NCBI GenBank assembly: GCA_028023455.1
Contig: JAQFVV010000009.1
Coordinates: forward strand, 18,042,001-18,106,000
DNA: 64,000 bases
Source: Epiperipatus broadwayi
Lineage: Eukaryota > Animalia > Onychophora
Reading direction: 5' to 3'
Shown here: positions 1 to 14,238 of the stretch, piece by piece
Numbering within the stretch: position 1 is the stretch's first letter
Layout: each line of letters begins with the position of its first letter
Made by a program: the position numbers and the translations under genes
Notes under the pieces: generated by a model
Database searches by the model: none
What the model was told of the DNA's origin: nothing
What the model saw: only the letters and a program-made list of their open reading frames with translations

Positions 1-299
1 CATTAATTTTAGTATGCATTTACACGCTTTTTGATTTAATATCATCTATGTTATAGTTATTGCAGAAACTTAAAAGTAATATATAAAACATTTTAGTTTT
101 TTTTTTTTTAATAAAAATTCAATTTTTAATTCTAATTATTTAATTTGTAATCAATATTATATGTTTTCATAATACAATAATTGTATTCAAGATACTATAA
201 TGGAAGTCAATTTACATTGCCATAAATTGCTTTTGATTTCACAAAATGTTATGGTTACATTATTTCACTTAAACTATAATCAGTATTTTCAACTATTAT

Positions 300-620
300 T
301 AGTTCATTGCAGAATAAAGATCTTTCTAAGTTTAATCCACTTCCTCTGATCCATAGTTTGTTTTTTCCATATTTTTCAAGAAAATTTCCTTATTTCATTC
401 AATCATTTTACATGTTATATTTTTCTAGGTCTTTTATAATCTCTTGGGAATTCTTTCAAGATTTAAGTTGATCATTTTTTTGTTTTTTCTTCTGGCAGCT
501 TGTTTAACACCTCTTCATTTTAACTTAATTCTTTCAATGATGTCAGTGATAATTGTCTTTAGTGATAAAAAAAATATTAGTTTTCAATAACCATTCGTAA
601 ACAATTATGGCTATTCTAAC
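300..620 (-). mobile_element. Highly decayed RTE-like LINE C-terminal fragment
   Basis: Manual minus-strand translation with stops gives NEEVLNKLPEEK...YKRPRK...MDQRKW, resembling the RTE C-terminal pattern (NEEVL..., KRPRGRP, A.DR..W). Weak. Confidence 0.3.
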
Positions 621-1679
621 CTCCGAAAGTATATAAACTCTCCCACCAAATACAAAAGACTTTTAAGTGAGGATTTGTCATAACAATTGCAGTAATCTTT
701 GGGAAAAAATTTGAATTTTTTTAAAAATATGTCTGCCATATTTTTTAATAGTGACCATCTTGCAAGAGTGATGATGTCGTAAGATAATGTTTTCATGAAG
801 AAAACATAATTGTAAGCTAGAATGGTGATGTTCATGCCAAAAAATACTGCATAATGCAAAGTTTATTCATTGTAATAATTGTGCTTTGGTTACAAAGATA
901 AAATATGATTACTATAGTTAATTTAATTTCATGAAATATTTTTGATAATTTATACTCTATGGCACATACAAAGTAAAAAAAAAAAACTTTCAATGTATTG
1001 ACAAAAAAAAAGTTTTTTTCACTACAATAAATAATGAAAACTTACTTTGATTATATACATTAGCAAAGTAGATTTTATTTTAAAGATTGTACATTAGCTT
1101 AAGTTTATTTAATCAATCACTTTTTAACTATTTTTTTAAAAAATGCTAATTCAGTCCTAGGCAAAAATGTTGTCATTAAAAATCTGATTATTTTTGCTAA
1201 AACAGAGGGAATGGTGGATTATTTTACACATTATAGAATTAATAACAAATACTAAAATAACTTCAAGATATCACTTACTGTTTAATTTTTATCAAATAAC
1301 CATATAATTTGTTCTTGTTATATTCAAGATAATAGTGGCTTTCATCACAAATGTAAAAGAATATCAACAAAAAAGTACTATCAAACTTTGATCATATACA
1401 ATAATAAAATGTATTAATAATAAATTTTAAAATGTGTACATTACTTTAAGAATAATTTTTATTTAACTCATTTCTAACTGATGCTTTTATACTTATACAA
1501 ATTTTAATTGCCTAAGGGAAAATGCATTATCTAAAACAATATTGGTATTATTAAAATTGCAGCATTCAACTCTATATTACATTTCTTTAATTTTTATTTA
1601 ATGTTGATTGCACTTACATAAAACATGTAAAATCATAAACTATTGCTTTTTTAAAAAAAAAAAACATTTAACAGTATTA

Positions 1680-1984
1680 GACAGAGTATGAGCACAGACT
1701 TTCACATGACCCACCACTCTCCACACTATCTCATAACACTGATACACCTGAACACACATATGTCGAAAAGATAAATAATCACCAATATCCGTATTTCATA
1801 CTAAACCAGCAATCATCAGTTGGTCCAGATTACCATCTCTACACATATATGCTACAAGTGCTCAGATATATATTAAGATTGGTGATTATTTATCTTTTCG
1901 ACATATGTGTGTTCAGGTGTATCAGTGTTATGAGATAGTGTGGAGAGTGGTGGGTCATGTGAAAGTCTGTGCTCACACTCTGTC
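1680..1984. repeat. 305-bp fold-back element (MITE-like) with ~107-bp inverted arms, flanked by TA
   Basis: 1680-1786 is the reverse complement of 1878-1984 with one mismatch. The spacer is 91 bp. TA lies immediately outside both ends (1678-1679, 1985-1986). Confidence 0.85.
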
Positions 1985-2699
1985 TACTACATATATAGAC
2001 ACAGGTATATATAAGCCTGTTTATTTCAGCTATTTAACAGTACTGCAAAAAAAAATTTAATATTTTAATAATTAAATATTTACAAAATAAAATAAAAACT
2101 TTGATTATTGAGCAAAATAAATTTGAAAATAAATATTTTTTTTTTCCATATGTTTCATTTTAATTTAATGAACTATGAATCGGGGAATGTCATTCTTGGT
2201 GTAAGATTCAGGATTCATATTTACATTCACTCATATATATATGAATGGGTGTTTTAATCATATTTTCTACAGTAAAATATGAATAATATTATCCTTCTCA
2301 AATGATACATCTGCCATTATTAATTCACCTTAAAGGTTGAAGCAAACTATAAATTGAGAACCACTTCCCCCTTAAAAAAATATAATAATTGAAGTGTTTT
2401 TATTATGCAATATATTTATCCACAGATTAATACTTTTTTTGTTATTGTTGATATGAAAAATTTATAGAACTTTTTCCTTTATATATTTTTTTTCTGGATG
2501 TTAGAATTTGCAATATCGCAGTGTTTGACTAAATAATGATATTCTATATGAATTTAGTAAATTATTCTAAAATAGAAGTAAAAGAAATTAAGTCTTAAGA
2601 AGATTTTGATATAGTAAGATTGCTAATTGTAAAATAATATGATAAATAGAATATTACGAATATAACTTTAGAGAAATCGTGTATACTAAATCTAAATCA

Positions 2700-5300
2700 T
2701 GAGAATTTTAAGCTTTATTTTTATTAATATATCTACTTATATGCACATAAATATATTAAGATAATAATGACGCTTAATTGTAGATATTTTTTTATATCTT
2801 TTCCTGGCTTTACCATATTGAGTAGTGCCAACATATACAAGTATAAGCTAAGACAATCTATTGTAGAGTCAACATATGAATTAAACTGATTATGCAGTGA
2901 TATTCCTATTTTTACATAAACATATTAGCAATATCTTACACTTCATTGAAAAAATAATAATTTAAGTAAAGAATGTAAGAAATTGAAATCATCTGTTATC
3001 TATAAGAATGTAAGAAATTTTATAAAATTAAACGAGTTAATTGCACCTAAAAAAATTATTTATCCCTTCCAATGATAATGGAAATACTTACAAAAATTTC
3101 AAATATTGGTCATTGGAACTGAAATTCTACAATTTTTTCATAAAACTAAATCTTGAGGCACTTCCAACTCTTCACTTCTGTAGATATAAAAAGAATTGTA
3201 CCAATATTGAAGATATATGCATGCTGTGTCAAAGAGAATCAGAAACCCTATCATACTTATTATTCATATGCCCCAGATACAATAATATCCGGTGGGACAT
3301 TCCAAAAATTTTTAAAAATAAGGAGTACGGAATACAAACACTTCTCAATACCTTTGAAAAAAATATTTATGGACACATTCGCACTAGCACATTTGTATTA
3401 TACTACACTAGATGTACACTTATGTATGATCCGGACACAAAACACCCTAATACATTTAGAAACAAAATTGATATCATATGCACAAGGGATGAAAAATTTT
3501 TATCATCCAACATTTTCTCAGACACCTGGTCAATAATACGACTTCGCTCTAAACTATAAAAATGACTCTCCATCGCCAAAGAATTAGATTACCAGGATTA
3601 GTGACAAAAAGAGTATTGATGCATTAATATATGTAAAGTGTTATAAACTGATATACTGATCAGGAGAATAGTAAGACCTGGTCAAGATTGTTATTTCTTT
3701 CTCCCATCCCCCTTTTTATACACCTATAGATCAATAAAGCCTTTTGAAACATAATTTAATAAAATCCAAACAAGAAAATTGGAGCCAAAATAACAAAACA
3801 AACTATTTTCTTGTTGGATGGCTATTACAAATGTTCCTAAAATTAAAACTAAAATGTAAAAGTTTTAATAAGAAAATGCCAAGTGAAAGAAGAAGGGGGG
3901 GGGGGTATTTGGAATGACATAAAAAGAAATTGCAATTTCAAAGTTATTATTCTTATTCTTTTCTTTTACCTTGTTTCAAGAAGCTTAATGATGTTTTCTG
4001 GCTAGATCAAGCATGATCCAACCCCCCCTACCAGGCAATGCTTTTCCCATGGCTATCATTACATCTGCAGAAGCATAACACTGCATTCATTGCTCAAAAG
4101 GAATGAAGAACTATCAGTAAGCTAGTCGGAAAATTGTATCAATATGCAGTGTGGACTTTTAAACTTAATAATTCACACTTAATAACAGATTATCATTAAG
4201 AGCATAACCCTGTTTCAGTGAATGATTTGAAAGCCAGTCAAATAAATACATGAGCTCATCACTTACAATGCTTGTGGGTGTCAGATGTTATTAACAAAAA
4301 AAGAATGCAATTTTAGGAATGGTCAAATATGAGCTATCTACAATGTGCAATTAGTTTAGAAACACCAAAGCATATCATGTAAATAAGTTTTACCATATAT
4401 GTATTATGTAATTCACTCTTTTGTGTATACATAATTTGTTTATTCTTTTATATTTATTATGTACTTGGTTTTCATTATTATTTAATCATTATATAATTCA
4501 GTGGGGGTAAAATTCAATCTATCCCTCAAGACAGATTAGAAGATAGTTATTTTGTAGTATTGTGAATATTAAAGATCTCTTATAGATTTGCTAGTTTTCT
4601 AAATAAGCTCTGTTGGAGAGATTCCATTTTGATAGTGCGCTCTGACTATCTTTTGCAATAGGGATGGATCTTGTTAGCAGGATTAAGTCATTTAATCTGT
4701 ATGTATAGATTAATTAGTTTTGCTAACTTGTGTCCTGGTGTTGTCTTACATTGATTAGTATCTGATTATTTTTCTTTTTATATTGTCGATTCAATGTCAT
4801 TCTGGACAGTTCACATATACCTCTCTGGAACGTTATAATATGTCATGCTACATATAATGTTTATTTAGAATTGGAGTTTTGTAATAATTGATCATAAGAG
4901 GTTTTAAGTAGAGAAAGGGGGTAATTTGTGTAGAGATTTAAAATATGAATCGAATCTCTCCATTGGATTGTACTAAAAGTTAGAATAGTTTTTTTTAACT
5001 AATATGTATTATTTAAAGTTAATTATTATTTCAAATTATTAAGTTCATTAACATAATATTATCCCTCTATGATTAGTTAGTCCATTCCATTTAAAAGGGA
5101 TTAATAAGAATTAGTGTGTGGTGGGTGTTTGCATACATAAACAATTAGTTTATTGTGACATATATGATTGCCATAAAATAAATTAAAACCAGCTGTTTTA
5201 AAATTGTTAATGAGACTATTCTTTGAGTCCGGTTCCAGGCTTTGGGTATTGTGGTACCCGTGAGTGATCATATAAGTTATGTACATGTCAACCTATATCA
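2700..5300 (+). repeat. LTR-like repeat family A, copy 1 (interrupted by an L1 fragment)
   Basis: 3001-3054 and 3751-5300 align by eye with the reverse complement of 20290-21650 and 27982-28815. It ends in TATCA at 5300, matching CATCA in copy 3. The left boundary is approximate. Confidence 0.55.
3055..3750 (+). mobile_element. 5'-truncated L1/Tx1-type LINE (ORF2 C-terminus plus 3'UTR)
   Basis: ORF 3041-3559 (WSLELKFYNFFIKLNLEALPT...CMLCQRESETLSYLLFICP...RDEKFLSSNIFSDTW) is homologous to the ORF2 C-termini at 12341-12850 and 22518-23933. AATAAA at 3733-3738. Confidence 0.85.
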
Positions 5301-6199
5301 CCACATAGTAATTATGGCTCTGTTTAAGTTCTAGTATTATTTTCAGAAGATCTCCAAATGCCATTAACATATTGGGATTACGTTTTTCCCAATTTACTAG
5401 ATTTAGCTTTTTATAGGTTATTTCTGAGCTTTTTTCTTCTGATGAGATTATTTCTAAACTTTCCCCTATATCTTCATCCATCTCAAATTTTTGCTCCTGT
5501 GTTTCTGCCATTTTTATTATTTATTTTATTATTTAATATTATTATTATTACTATATCTTATTGTAATGGTCAAAATTGTATATTCATTTAACAAGACCAA
5601 AAAATCAAGCAGGGACTCTCAACCAGAAGACACAGGGCTACCCCCATGCTCCTAGTTTAAACCTCTATCTAGACTTCTTAGTCTCAACAACCTAATTAAC
5701 ATTCTTGATGTCACACCTCTTCCTTTTTCATTACAGCATGACCTAGCTCAGTGTATAAACAGAAACTTTCTCTCAGGATTTTTCTATCAACTCTGGATTG
5801 GTGCGCCATAGCACACAATTATACACGTTGAGATTACATTATTAATCATAATCCCATTCATGTATACAATTAAATCAGACTTTTATATTAATTTTATGTG
5901 ATTAGACATGACTTACTATGGATTGGGTTCAAAGCTCGGAATGCCCATTTTTAATACTTAACAATATACTTAATTCTATATAGTTATATTATGCGTTCCA
6001 ACATATAGAAAACACACTCCTAATTAATCATAATAATAAAACTTTATTATAGGATTGAATATAATGAATAGGTAGCTTACAAGTTAATTTAATAAAATGA
6101 TTTCACTGGCCTTTACATTATTATGGATAGAAATAATGGCAGTTTACATATTAGTGTGTGCCCAAATTAAACAATGATTAATCTTAAATAGTTATCAGT

Positions 6200-7000
6200 C
6201 ATTATGGCTTTTGAGATACTAATTAATTGAAGGGTATTATGGTTAGGGCCATTGTGCAGATATCCCTCAAGCAGGTACATAATAAATAAAGCAAGTTAAG
6301 TTTAATTAACTTTAGAAAATTATAGTTAAATAGATAAATGCATAACTCTCATGATCATGACCAATAAAATCTGAAATATCAAGCTTTAATATACACAAGG
6401 GATAAGGAAGGCAGTACTGAGTTGCTAAAGTAATAAACAACTAATGAGGTAGACTGGAATGTGATCACCTCTGTGTTGTCATATCCAAATCTTATAATAA
6501 GGTAATGATGGAAATATCTTTGCTGTTGCGAAGTTAGATCCAAATTTCATAAAATAAATGGGTCATAGAATGAAGGAATGAGCATCTTCATAAAACCCTT
6601 TCATTATGGGTAGATGCATTGGTAACAAGACAAGTACAAGACCCTCTGGGTCTGAAAAATAAAGCAATGTTTCCACATTTGCATGGAACTTAGGCAAATG
6701 GAACCCATCAAATTAAATCTTCTGAAGCAGGGATATATGCCTGCTGAAGAACACGATAAATTAATCATGAAATTAGACAATCCAGTAATGCTATATAAAT
6801 ATAAAATAATAAATAATTGGCCTTAAAATTAGATAGGTATAAAATAAATCGTGAACAATCATACCATAAGTTTATAATGCATGAATATCTATTATATGAG
6901 GCTAAATCAAGGCCTACGTCATTATCATATATTTAAAATTTTTTATAAGAGATTACTCCCTGCTTAATTAGAGATTTGTCCCATGGGTTTACATATATAA
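6200..7000 (+). pseudogene. pol: Very decayed Gypsy protease/RT N-terminal region downstream of LTR copy 1
   Basis: Manual translation across stops gives KGIMVRAIV-QISL (protease-like; compare ALLDLGSQISL at 27.3 kb) and EPIKLNLLKQG.MPAEEHDKLIMKLD...NNW...TISL.CMN.YY.RLNQ...ICPMGLHI, in Gypsy RT N-terminal order. Confidence 0.4.
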
Positions 7001-9459
7001 GAAATTATTGATATAATCGACTAATGATAATATATTAAACCGAATTGTATTAAAAGTTTTATAGAATTAAACTATTGTATCGGTATACATATATTTATGT
7101 CCATATGTATGACTATATACATTAAGACACAATGTTTTTAAGTAATCAGAATAGCGAATAGTCTGCAACAACTCTATCTCTACAGTTCGCTAATGTTCAA
7201 TTCCCTCGATGTTCATTCACACTGGCTGCTACAAAAAACGGTTCACAATGGGCTAGGTTTACGCATATCTTAGCCCCAGTCCAGTTTAGCTGCACACGAA
7301 CACTTCATAGTTTAGCACTGCAACTGACCTTAAGCTCCTTACAGCTTCCGTCTATGCAGCAGTCTACCAGTAACTCCACTTGAAAACCGCTGGAAACAAC
7401 TCTTTATTCAGCTGCTATCCGGGTGTTTTCCTCAGGCTACAGTCTGCCAATCTCTGTGGACTCTTTCAGCTATACCCATAGGCTACATTTCCACTGAGTG
7501 CTGAACATTAACTGCAAGCACTGACGCTAGATATCTCCTACTGGAATTGAACAGACGTCTACTGGAGATGCGCTCAAATAATCCCTGACATAGTTGTTAT
7601 TCAATCTTTTTATAGCTTTTTGGTAACTGCAGCAATTAATTACATTGTCCAATAAGGTAACATCTCTTATCTAGAAATATTTGCAATCAGTAAATATTTC
7701 TTGGAATTATCGTTCGCCATTACGATAATGCCTTAATTAAACTCCTCAGTTATCATAGCGCAATCTAAAAACAACCTCTCGAATAAATAGTAGTTTTTCT
7801 GAAGTGCACAGACTTGCATTTAATTTTTACAAAATACAACACATATATGTGTCAAAGAAAATAGAGACGAAGTTTTAAACTTTTAACTTCGAACATTAAA
7901 ATTTATTTAATACTGGAAGTTGTTTACAAATCACATATACGCAGTATACATATATAATGTCCCTTCTTAAAACAGAAAAATAAAGTTTTCTTTTAACACT
8001 CAGTTTTAATTTTAAAAAAGTTATATATCAACTATTATAATTGTGTTAAAGCTAAATGATATTTTGAAAGAACCGATTTTAAACAGACAAGCTTAAAATC
8101 ACGAATAATCAATAAAAAAAAGCAAATTAGAATCAGTGAGAGGGAGATTTTAAATATCTTGTTTTTATTTAATTAAATAAGATCAAATATTTTAATCATT
8201 GAAATATTTTACTGAATTTACCTCCATCTGATTCTTAAACAGTAAGTCTAGCAAAATTTAAGAAAGATTGAGTATTGCAAAAGTCGATCTTCCTTAATAT
8301 GTACAATTAATTACACGTGCGTTAAGAAAATACTTAAATAATGCAATAAGATATATAAATAATATGGTAAGAAACATATATAATGACTAATATATAATTT
8401 ATGGAAGCAAAGAAAATAGCATTCTAAAGAGGCTTTAATTGTTTATCAGTAGCATTATATACTAGTTACTTGCCTTTTGATGGTGATGGCATAGTATGTC
8501 AGCAATTTGGATCGTCAAATGTAGGCAAGGACTTGATCGACTTAGCATTCTATAGTATGAGGGAACTCCATACTCAGCCTCTTGGTGATTGCCAGAGAAA
8601 TTGTGGTGATCTATTCACTCATAGCTTGATGTAATGTTACGGTTTAAAACTTTACAATAACCCTTCCAGAAGTTTACAATAACTAAACTCTACAAAAAGT
8701 GTACAATAACTTCCAGAAGTTTAAATAACTAATAACTCTTTCTTCCCTATATATATATCTCAGAACAAAGGCATCCAGATCAGCTGTTCTCCAAATTAAT
8801 TAATTAATTTAAAGAAAGTTCTTTTCTTTATTTTCTAAAGGAATCTTACTGATTATAATCGTAATGCAATTTAATTTGAAATTTTACTAATTGCATTTTT
8901 AAATTAAATTCCCAATGTCTTTTGATTTAATCTAATCCCCAGTAAGTATACACCTTTTGTTGTAATGACAATGCTACACTAAATATAAATTCTAAAATTA
9001 GAATTTAGTAACTATATTCTTTTAATATCAATTGGTTCTTTAATTAATTAGAAAATTAACTTTCTTTGCTGATTTGAAACCCCATCTTTTCCACTCATAC
9101 CAACTCGTAATTAAATTTTGTAATAAAATTTACATTTTTATAATATTTTTTTATACATTGTATTTTTTTTAAATGCCTTAATATTTTTTAACTTAACCTT
9201 TTGAACGATGATTATATAATTGGCCGAATGAGTTAAAAATCAAAATTTGTAATTGGCCAACTCACAACTTTAACAAAATCTATTATTAAAATAGATCACT
9301 TTTAATAATATAAATACGTTAATTTCGTTTGTAAAAAGTATATTACTGAATTTTCAGATTACAAAAGCAAACGAAAATCTTTTCAAAAATAAAATTTGAT
9401 TTATAATTTAAAAAATATTCAATTGCGGTGAAATAAAAGTAACCGCTATTCAACCAACC

Positions 9460-9487
9460 AAAAAAGATTGCTGACGCAATCTTTTTT
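9460..9487. other. Perfect 12-bp stem hairpin AAAAAAGATTGC-tgac-GCAATCTTTTTT
   Basis: Directly visible. A smaller GCGGT/ACCGC stem lies at 9425-9446. Confidence 0.85.
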
Positions 9488-10789
9488 TTTTCACTTTACG
9501 TTACGATCAATATGTAGCAATAAATAAATAATTCTTGGTAATATCTTAACTATTTTTCTAAAATAATTTGATTTTTAGTATTATTTTATCAATAATAATT
9601 TGTAATTCAATTCAAATATTGTTTAAAATGTTGTAAACATTCGTTTATCATTTTCGTAATAAAAATCAAAACGAACGTAACTTTTTACTTTTTGGCAGCC
9701 ATTACCCTTTCTGACAGAAGTGGGACAGCCAATAAGATTCAAGAAAAGTTGGTGAGGAGGCGGTGCTTTGGTTTTGTTTGACATATATGGTCATTTTTAT
9801 TGATTTTTACTTGTAAAATAACTCTGAAGAGGGCACCATCTTACAGAACTTTTGATTTTCTTTCTAATGACGTATCATATGTATACGTGGGATAAAAAGT
9901 AACCGATTTAGAGTGATGTCAAATCTTCTCGTTTTTAGACAAGTCATGCATTATAAGAGTTAATAGCAAATATATATATATGAAGCATATATATATGTAT
10001 TATATATATGACTGCTTCAATATATATATAATTTTACTTGAATTAAAATCAAAAAAATAATTCATAGACAGCTTTATAGAAAGAAAATGAGAACGTTTAT
10101 CTAATTCATCATTTTAGAGTAATCTGTCAAAATAGAAAGAAAACTTTTATAAACTATCAAAAATTTGATAGTACTTATTTTTAAAGAAAAAAGACTATTC
10201 AGCAAAGAGAATTAATTGCAAAAATAATCTGTAATAATTTTAGTGTTAAATTAGAATATGATGTAAATGTCAGTGTGCAAATACACGCACACACATATGT
10301 GAACATTTTTAATTATTTTTATATAACAAGTCAAATATGTTCAGAAATTTCATGCACATCCATGTATGTGTGCATATATATACCAATGAAAGTCAAATAG
10401 ACAAATCTAAGTTTTAATCTTTTTTTATTATTAAATGTCAATTCAAATATATCCATTTCTAAATTATACTGCACTCTGTGTATATATATATCAATGAGTG
10501 TCACTTAGAACACATATGTAAAATTTTAGTCATTTTTAAATTTTATTAGATGTCAGTTGAAATGCATTCCTTGTATATTATAAAACACATGTCTGTGCAG
10601 ATATATATATATGCATTTTTATAAACTCATTAAAAGGCATTGTAAATCAGTGTAATAACTTGAATATTGTAAATCACATATGTAAATCACAATGTTATAA
10701 TTTTTTTATTATTGTATATTAATCAAAATCAGAATGCTGGTTGATGTATGGTTAATTATATTAATTAGTTGCTCTAAAGAGTTAACTGA

Positions 10790-11616
10790 GCTGATCTCAC
10801 AATGATCTCATGGAGATCTTTTGGTCTCTTGCTCATATCTTAATATATAAAATTTCTTATATTTATTTTTGTGATATTAAACATTACTTTAATATCTCTA
10901 ACATTATTTAATATGTAGAGCCACATTCTAAAGACCTTAATATTATTTTTTACTGTTGTTAATAAACTTGTATTCAATTGTTAAAAATTGTATTGCATCA
11001 TCTCTTGGTCACCATAATAGTACTTGAACTTGTATTCTTCTGAGCTAGATGCATGCATAATAGTCTAATATATAAATATGAATGTATTTAGTGCTTAAGG
11101 GGCATCCAGTATGATTGATATATCCTGATTGGTGCATACATTTGTATTCTTTAAAGTCCCTGCACTACATTTATTTAGTCTTAGAAATTAAGTTTATAGT
11201 TGGCCAGTACCTTAATGGTACTGAGTGGCCAGAGCATTGATGATGATCAGCATGCTTTAATATCCCAGCATTATTGTTTTATAGTTGCATATTCAACTGG
11301 GTTAGCACTTACTTTGTGCATCAAAATTATGTTTAAACAATTACCCAAGCTGGCAAAGCCTCAGTAGTTGACCTGGTCTACAGTAGACCCATTTCAAATC
11401 TGGTCACCAGATTGACTGTTGATTTATATTTTGTATTGTTCAAATCCAGTCATCTGATTGACTTGATTTTATTTTGATGATGAATGATTTTAATTGTGCT
11501 GATCTCTCAGTGATTTCACAAAGGTCTTTTGTTTTCATGCTCATCTCTTGAATATATAAAATTTCTTATATATTTTTGTGATATTAAACACTACTTTAAT
11601 ATCTCTAACATTATTT
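10790..11616. repeat. Pair of ~120-bp diverged direct repeats (10790-10909 and 11498-11616)
   Basis: Both share GCTGATCTC...GCTCAT.TCTT.AATATATAAAATTTCTTATAT...GTGATATTAAACA.TACTTTAATATCTCTAACATTATTT. Confidence 0.75.
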
Positions 11617-13023
11617 GATAACTATTTACTTAATATCTTTTCATTTTAATATCTTTATACCAATAATAATTATATGTTTTTTGATAAAATCTTGTACTTT
11701 AATCTCGCATTACTTAATTAAAAATTACTTTTAAATATACTTTAAATTTCATTATTTGAAATGTTATTTTGGGGAAGATTACAGAACCCACGCTTTCACT
11801 CCATCTAATCACCCCATATGTGTATATATATATATTGTACTGCTAGTCAAGCACTACATGTAATAATTTCATCTAAAATTATTAAAATAAAAATCTTCAT
11901 AGATAATGCAAAGGTTTTAAACTTAATTTTATAAAATCACTGCAGAGTACATTGTCAGTAAATGATTGAATTAAAAACATCTTGTTTGAAAGGAATAATT
12001 TATAGAAGTTGGAAGAGTTACTTTTATTAGTTTAAAACAAAACACAGCTTGCTAAAAGACAATTCATAAAGTGTTACAATTAAAGAATAATTAGAGGGGG
12101 TCAAAAATTTAACTTAGCAAAAATTAAACTTTTGAATAAGTTAAGAAAAGTGATATTTAGAAAGTTTTTTTTTCTATGTGGAGTATTTAGAAAGTTTTTT
12201 TTTTTTTCCAAAAAAAGAATTTTATTAACTAAATCAAAAAGAATACAATGACAAATCAATCTTTGGACTCGAGTCCATCTGTCAATTAGATTTGACAAAT
12301 GGCCTGAGGCTGGTAACTGAAGATCTTGGGTTGCAAATTCTTACTCGACTAAGTCTACGCTAGCCCAGGATTCAATGTGTAGCCAGTCTGGTGCAAGAAG
12401 CCAGTCTCTATCATGAGTGCTTCTTAATAGTTTTAAGAAGGTATTGCTGACATTGTTATCTGCCTGTCCAAAGATGTACTTGCACCTGGTTATCCAGACT
12501 GCAAAAGTGAGGAAAATGGATGTTCTGATGGTCGAAAAAATGCCCATCTTGATGGCATTTTGAATGCAAAGCGTGTTTCTATAGTCTATTGAAACTTTTT
12601 GGTGGATGAAAGTTCTGAGTGGGCTAAGGAATGGGCAGTCATGAAGGAGATGGGTAATGGTTTCTTCAGCTGTTGAGCAAAGCTGACACTGTGGGTTGAG
12701 GTTGGCAAAACCTCTCCTATAGACCAGGAAGTGACTTGTGAGTAGGGAGGAGAGGTTTAGTTTCAGGAGAAAATCTAAATGTTTGGATTCCAAAAACCAT
12801 TTTTTAGATCTGAGAATTAGAAGTTTATTGTTTAGCCCCAGAGAATTCATAGATGGAGTAAGGTTTGGGTATTTAAATTTGTAAATTTTTCCAGTAGGTT
12901 CTCTTTGATTCTAGGATAGTTTTCGATAGACCTATTGACCCTGTTATATATATCCATAAATCTGACAACCATTTGCTGCAGAATGGTGGAGGTGTATCCG
13001 TTGGTGTTACTGGTATAAATGTG

Positions 13024-13223
13024 TTCTGATCAGGGTGCTCGTGATATATTGTCCTCATGACTCCAATTGCTTTTGGTAGATAAAGCGTGGAGACTGAATG
13101 AAGACCTAACCCATTCAGTCCTTACATTTCTGATCAGGGTGCTCGTGATATATTGTCCTCATGACTCCAATTGCTTTTTGTAGATAAAGCGTGGAGACTG
13201 AATGTAGACCTAACCCATTCAGT
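13024..13223. repeat. 96-bp tandem duplication with 8-nt filler inside L1 ORF2
   Basis: 13024-13119 versus 13128-13223, 2 mismatches, filler CCTTACAT. Confidence 0.9.
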
Positions 13224-14238
13224 TCTTTGGGCATGTGTGCTTTTGATATACTTATCGCAACTACTTTCCCTTTCCATAAGAGCCTGGAACATAGTGAGTT
13301 TAATGCAGTTTCAAAAGTTTTGTTAACCTTTATCATGGGAAGAAAGTAGTTCAATCTGGGAAAAATTAGCATGTTCAGTAGTGCAGCTTTTCCAGGCAAT
13401 GACATAGTAACCCTGGAAAGAGAAGTTATGATGTTACGAGTTTTTTCAAGGATAGCATTTTGTATCTCTTTTGACATGGCCAACTTCGACTTGAAAATGG
13501 GAAAACCCAAGAACTTTTGAGGTCGAGATGTAAAGATGGATGGGATTATTTTCCCTGATGTGATCTTCCACATGGAAGATTTGTCGTAGTTGATATGCAG
13601 GTTTAGTTTTTTAGTGTGTTTTTCAATGATACGCAGGAGAGGCTGAAGATGTTTTTGTTCTGGTAGGAAGATTGATACATCATCAACATAAGAGATGTGA
13701 TGTACCTGGTGTTCCAATGCAGGAACGTAGATACCGGGAACTTTGCATTCGATTTCAGTAAGGAGAGGTTTAATATATGTGGTAAAGCAGAGTGTAGCCA
13801 ATGGGGATCCCTGAGGAATCGACAAATGAGGTCTGATTCCGTCAGACAACCACCCATCAGTTGTGGTAAAGCATGAGCGATTATAGAGCAGGTTTCCTAT
13901 TATGTTTGTGTATACTTCAGGAACTTGATATTCTTTTAGTGTTTGTAGTAATATTGATGGGATAACTGAATCGAATGCTGATGTGAAATCAAGTTGAATC
14001 ACTAACGGTTTTGTCTTTCTGCGCAGCCTAATATGTTCAGTGATGAGCATGAAGCGTTGCACAGCGTCTAGTGTGGAGGCACCTTTCCGAGCAAATTGGT
14101 ATTTGGAAATGTGAAAATAGAGCTGGTCTTGAATTCTGTCCTTCACTAGTGACTCGATTGTCTTGATTAAAAGAGGTGCCATGGAGATGGGGCAGAGGTT
14201 TAATAGACTTGAGGGAGTTTCTTGTTTTTTTAGAAATG

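Noticed and set aside
1748-1772. CTGAAC...CGAAA inside the fold-back arm as a hammerhead
   Set aside because: Positions 3 and 8 cannot pair, and there is no stem III/stem I geometry.
5293-5810. Minus ORF MAETQEQKFEMDEDIGES... with upstream TGGCGCAC PBS-like site
   Set aside because: It could be a gag N-terminus of a nested element, but there is no diagnostic motif, LTR or TSD.
5924-5946. GGGTTCAAAGCTCGGAATGCCCA resembling a tRNA T-arm plus CCA
   Set aside because: The spacing to CCA is too short, and there is no A box or cloverleaf.
9971-10030. TA-rich imperfect hairpin around TGAAGCA/TGCTTCA
   Set aside because: Largely explained by self-complementary (TA)n microsatellite.
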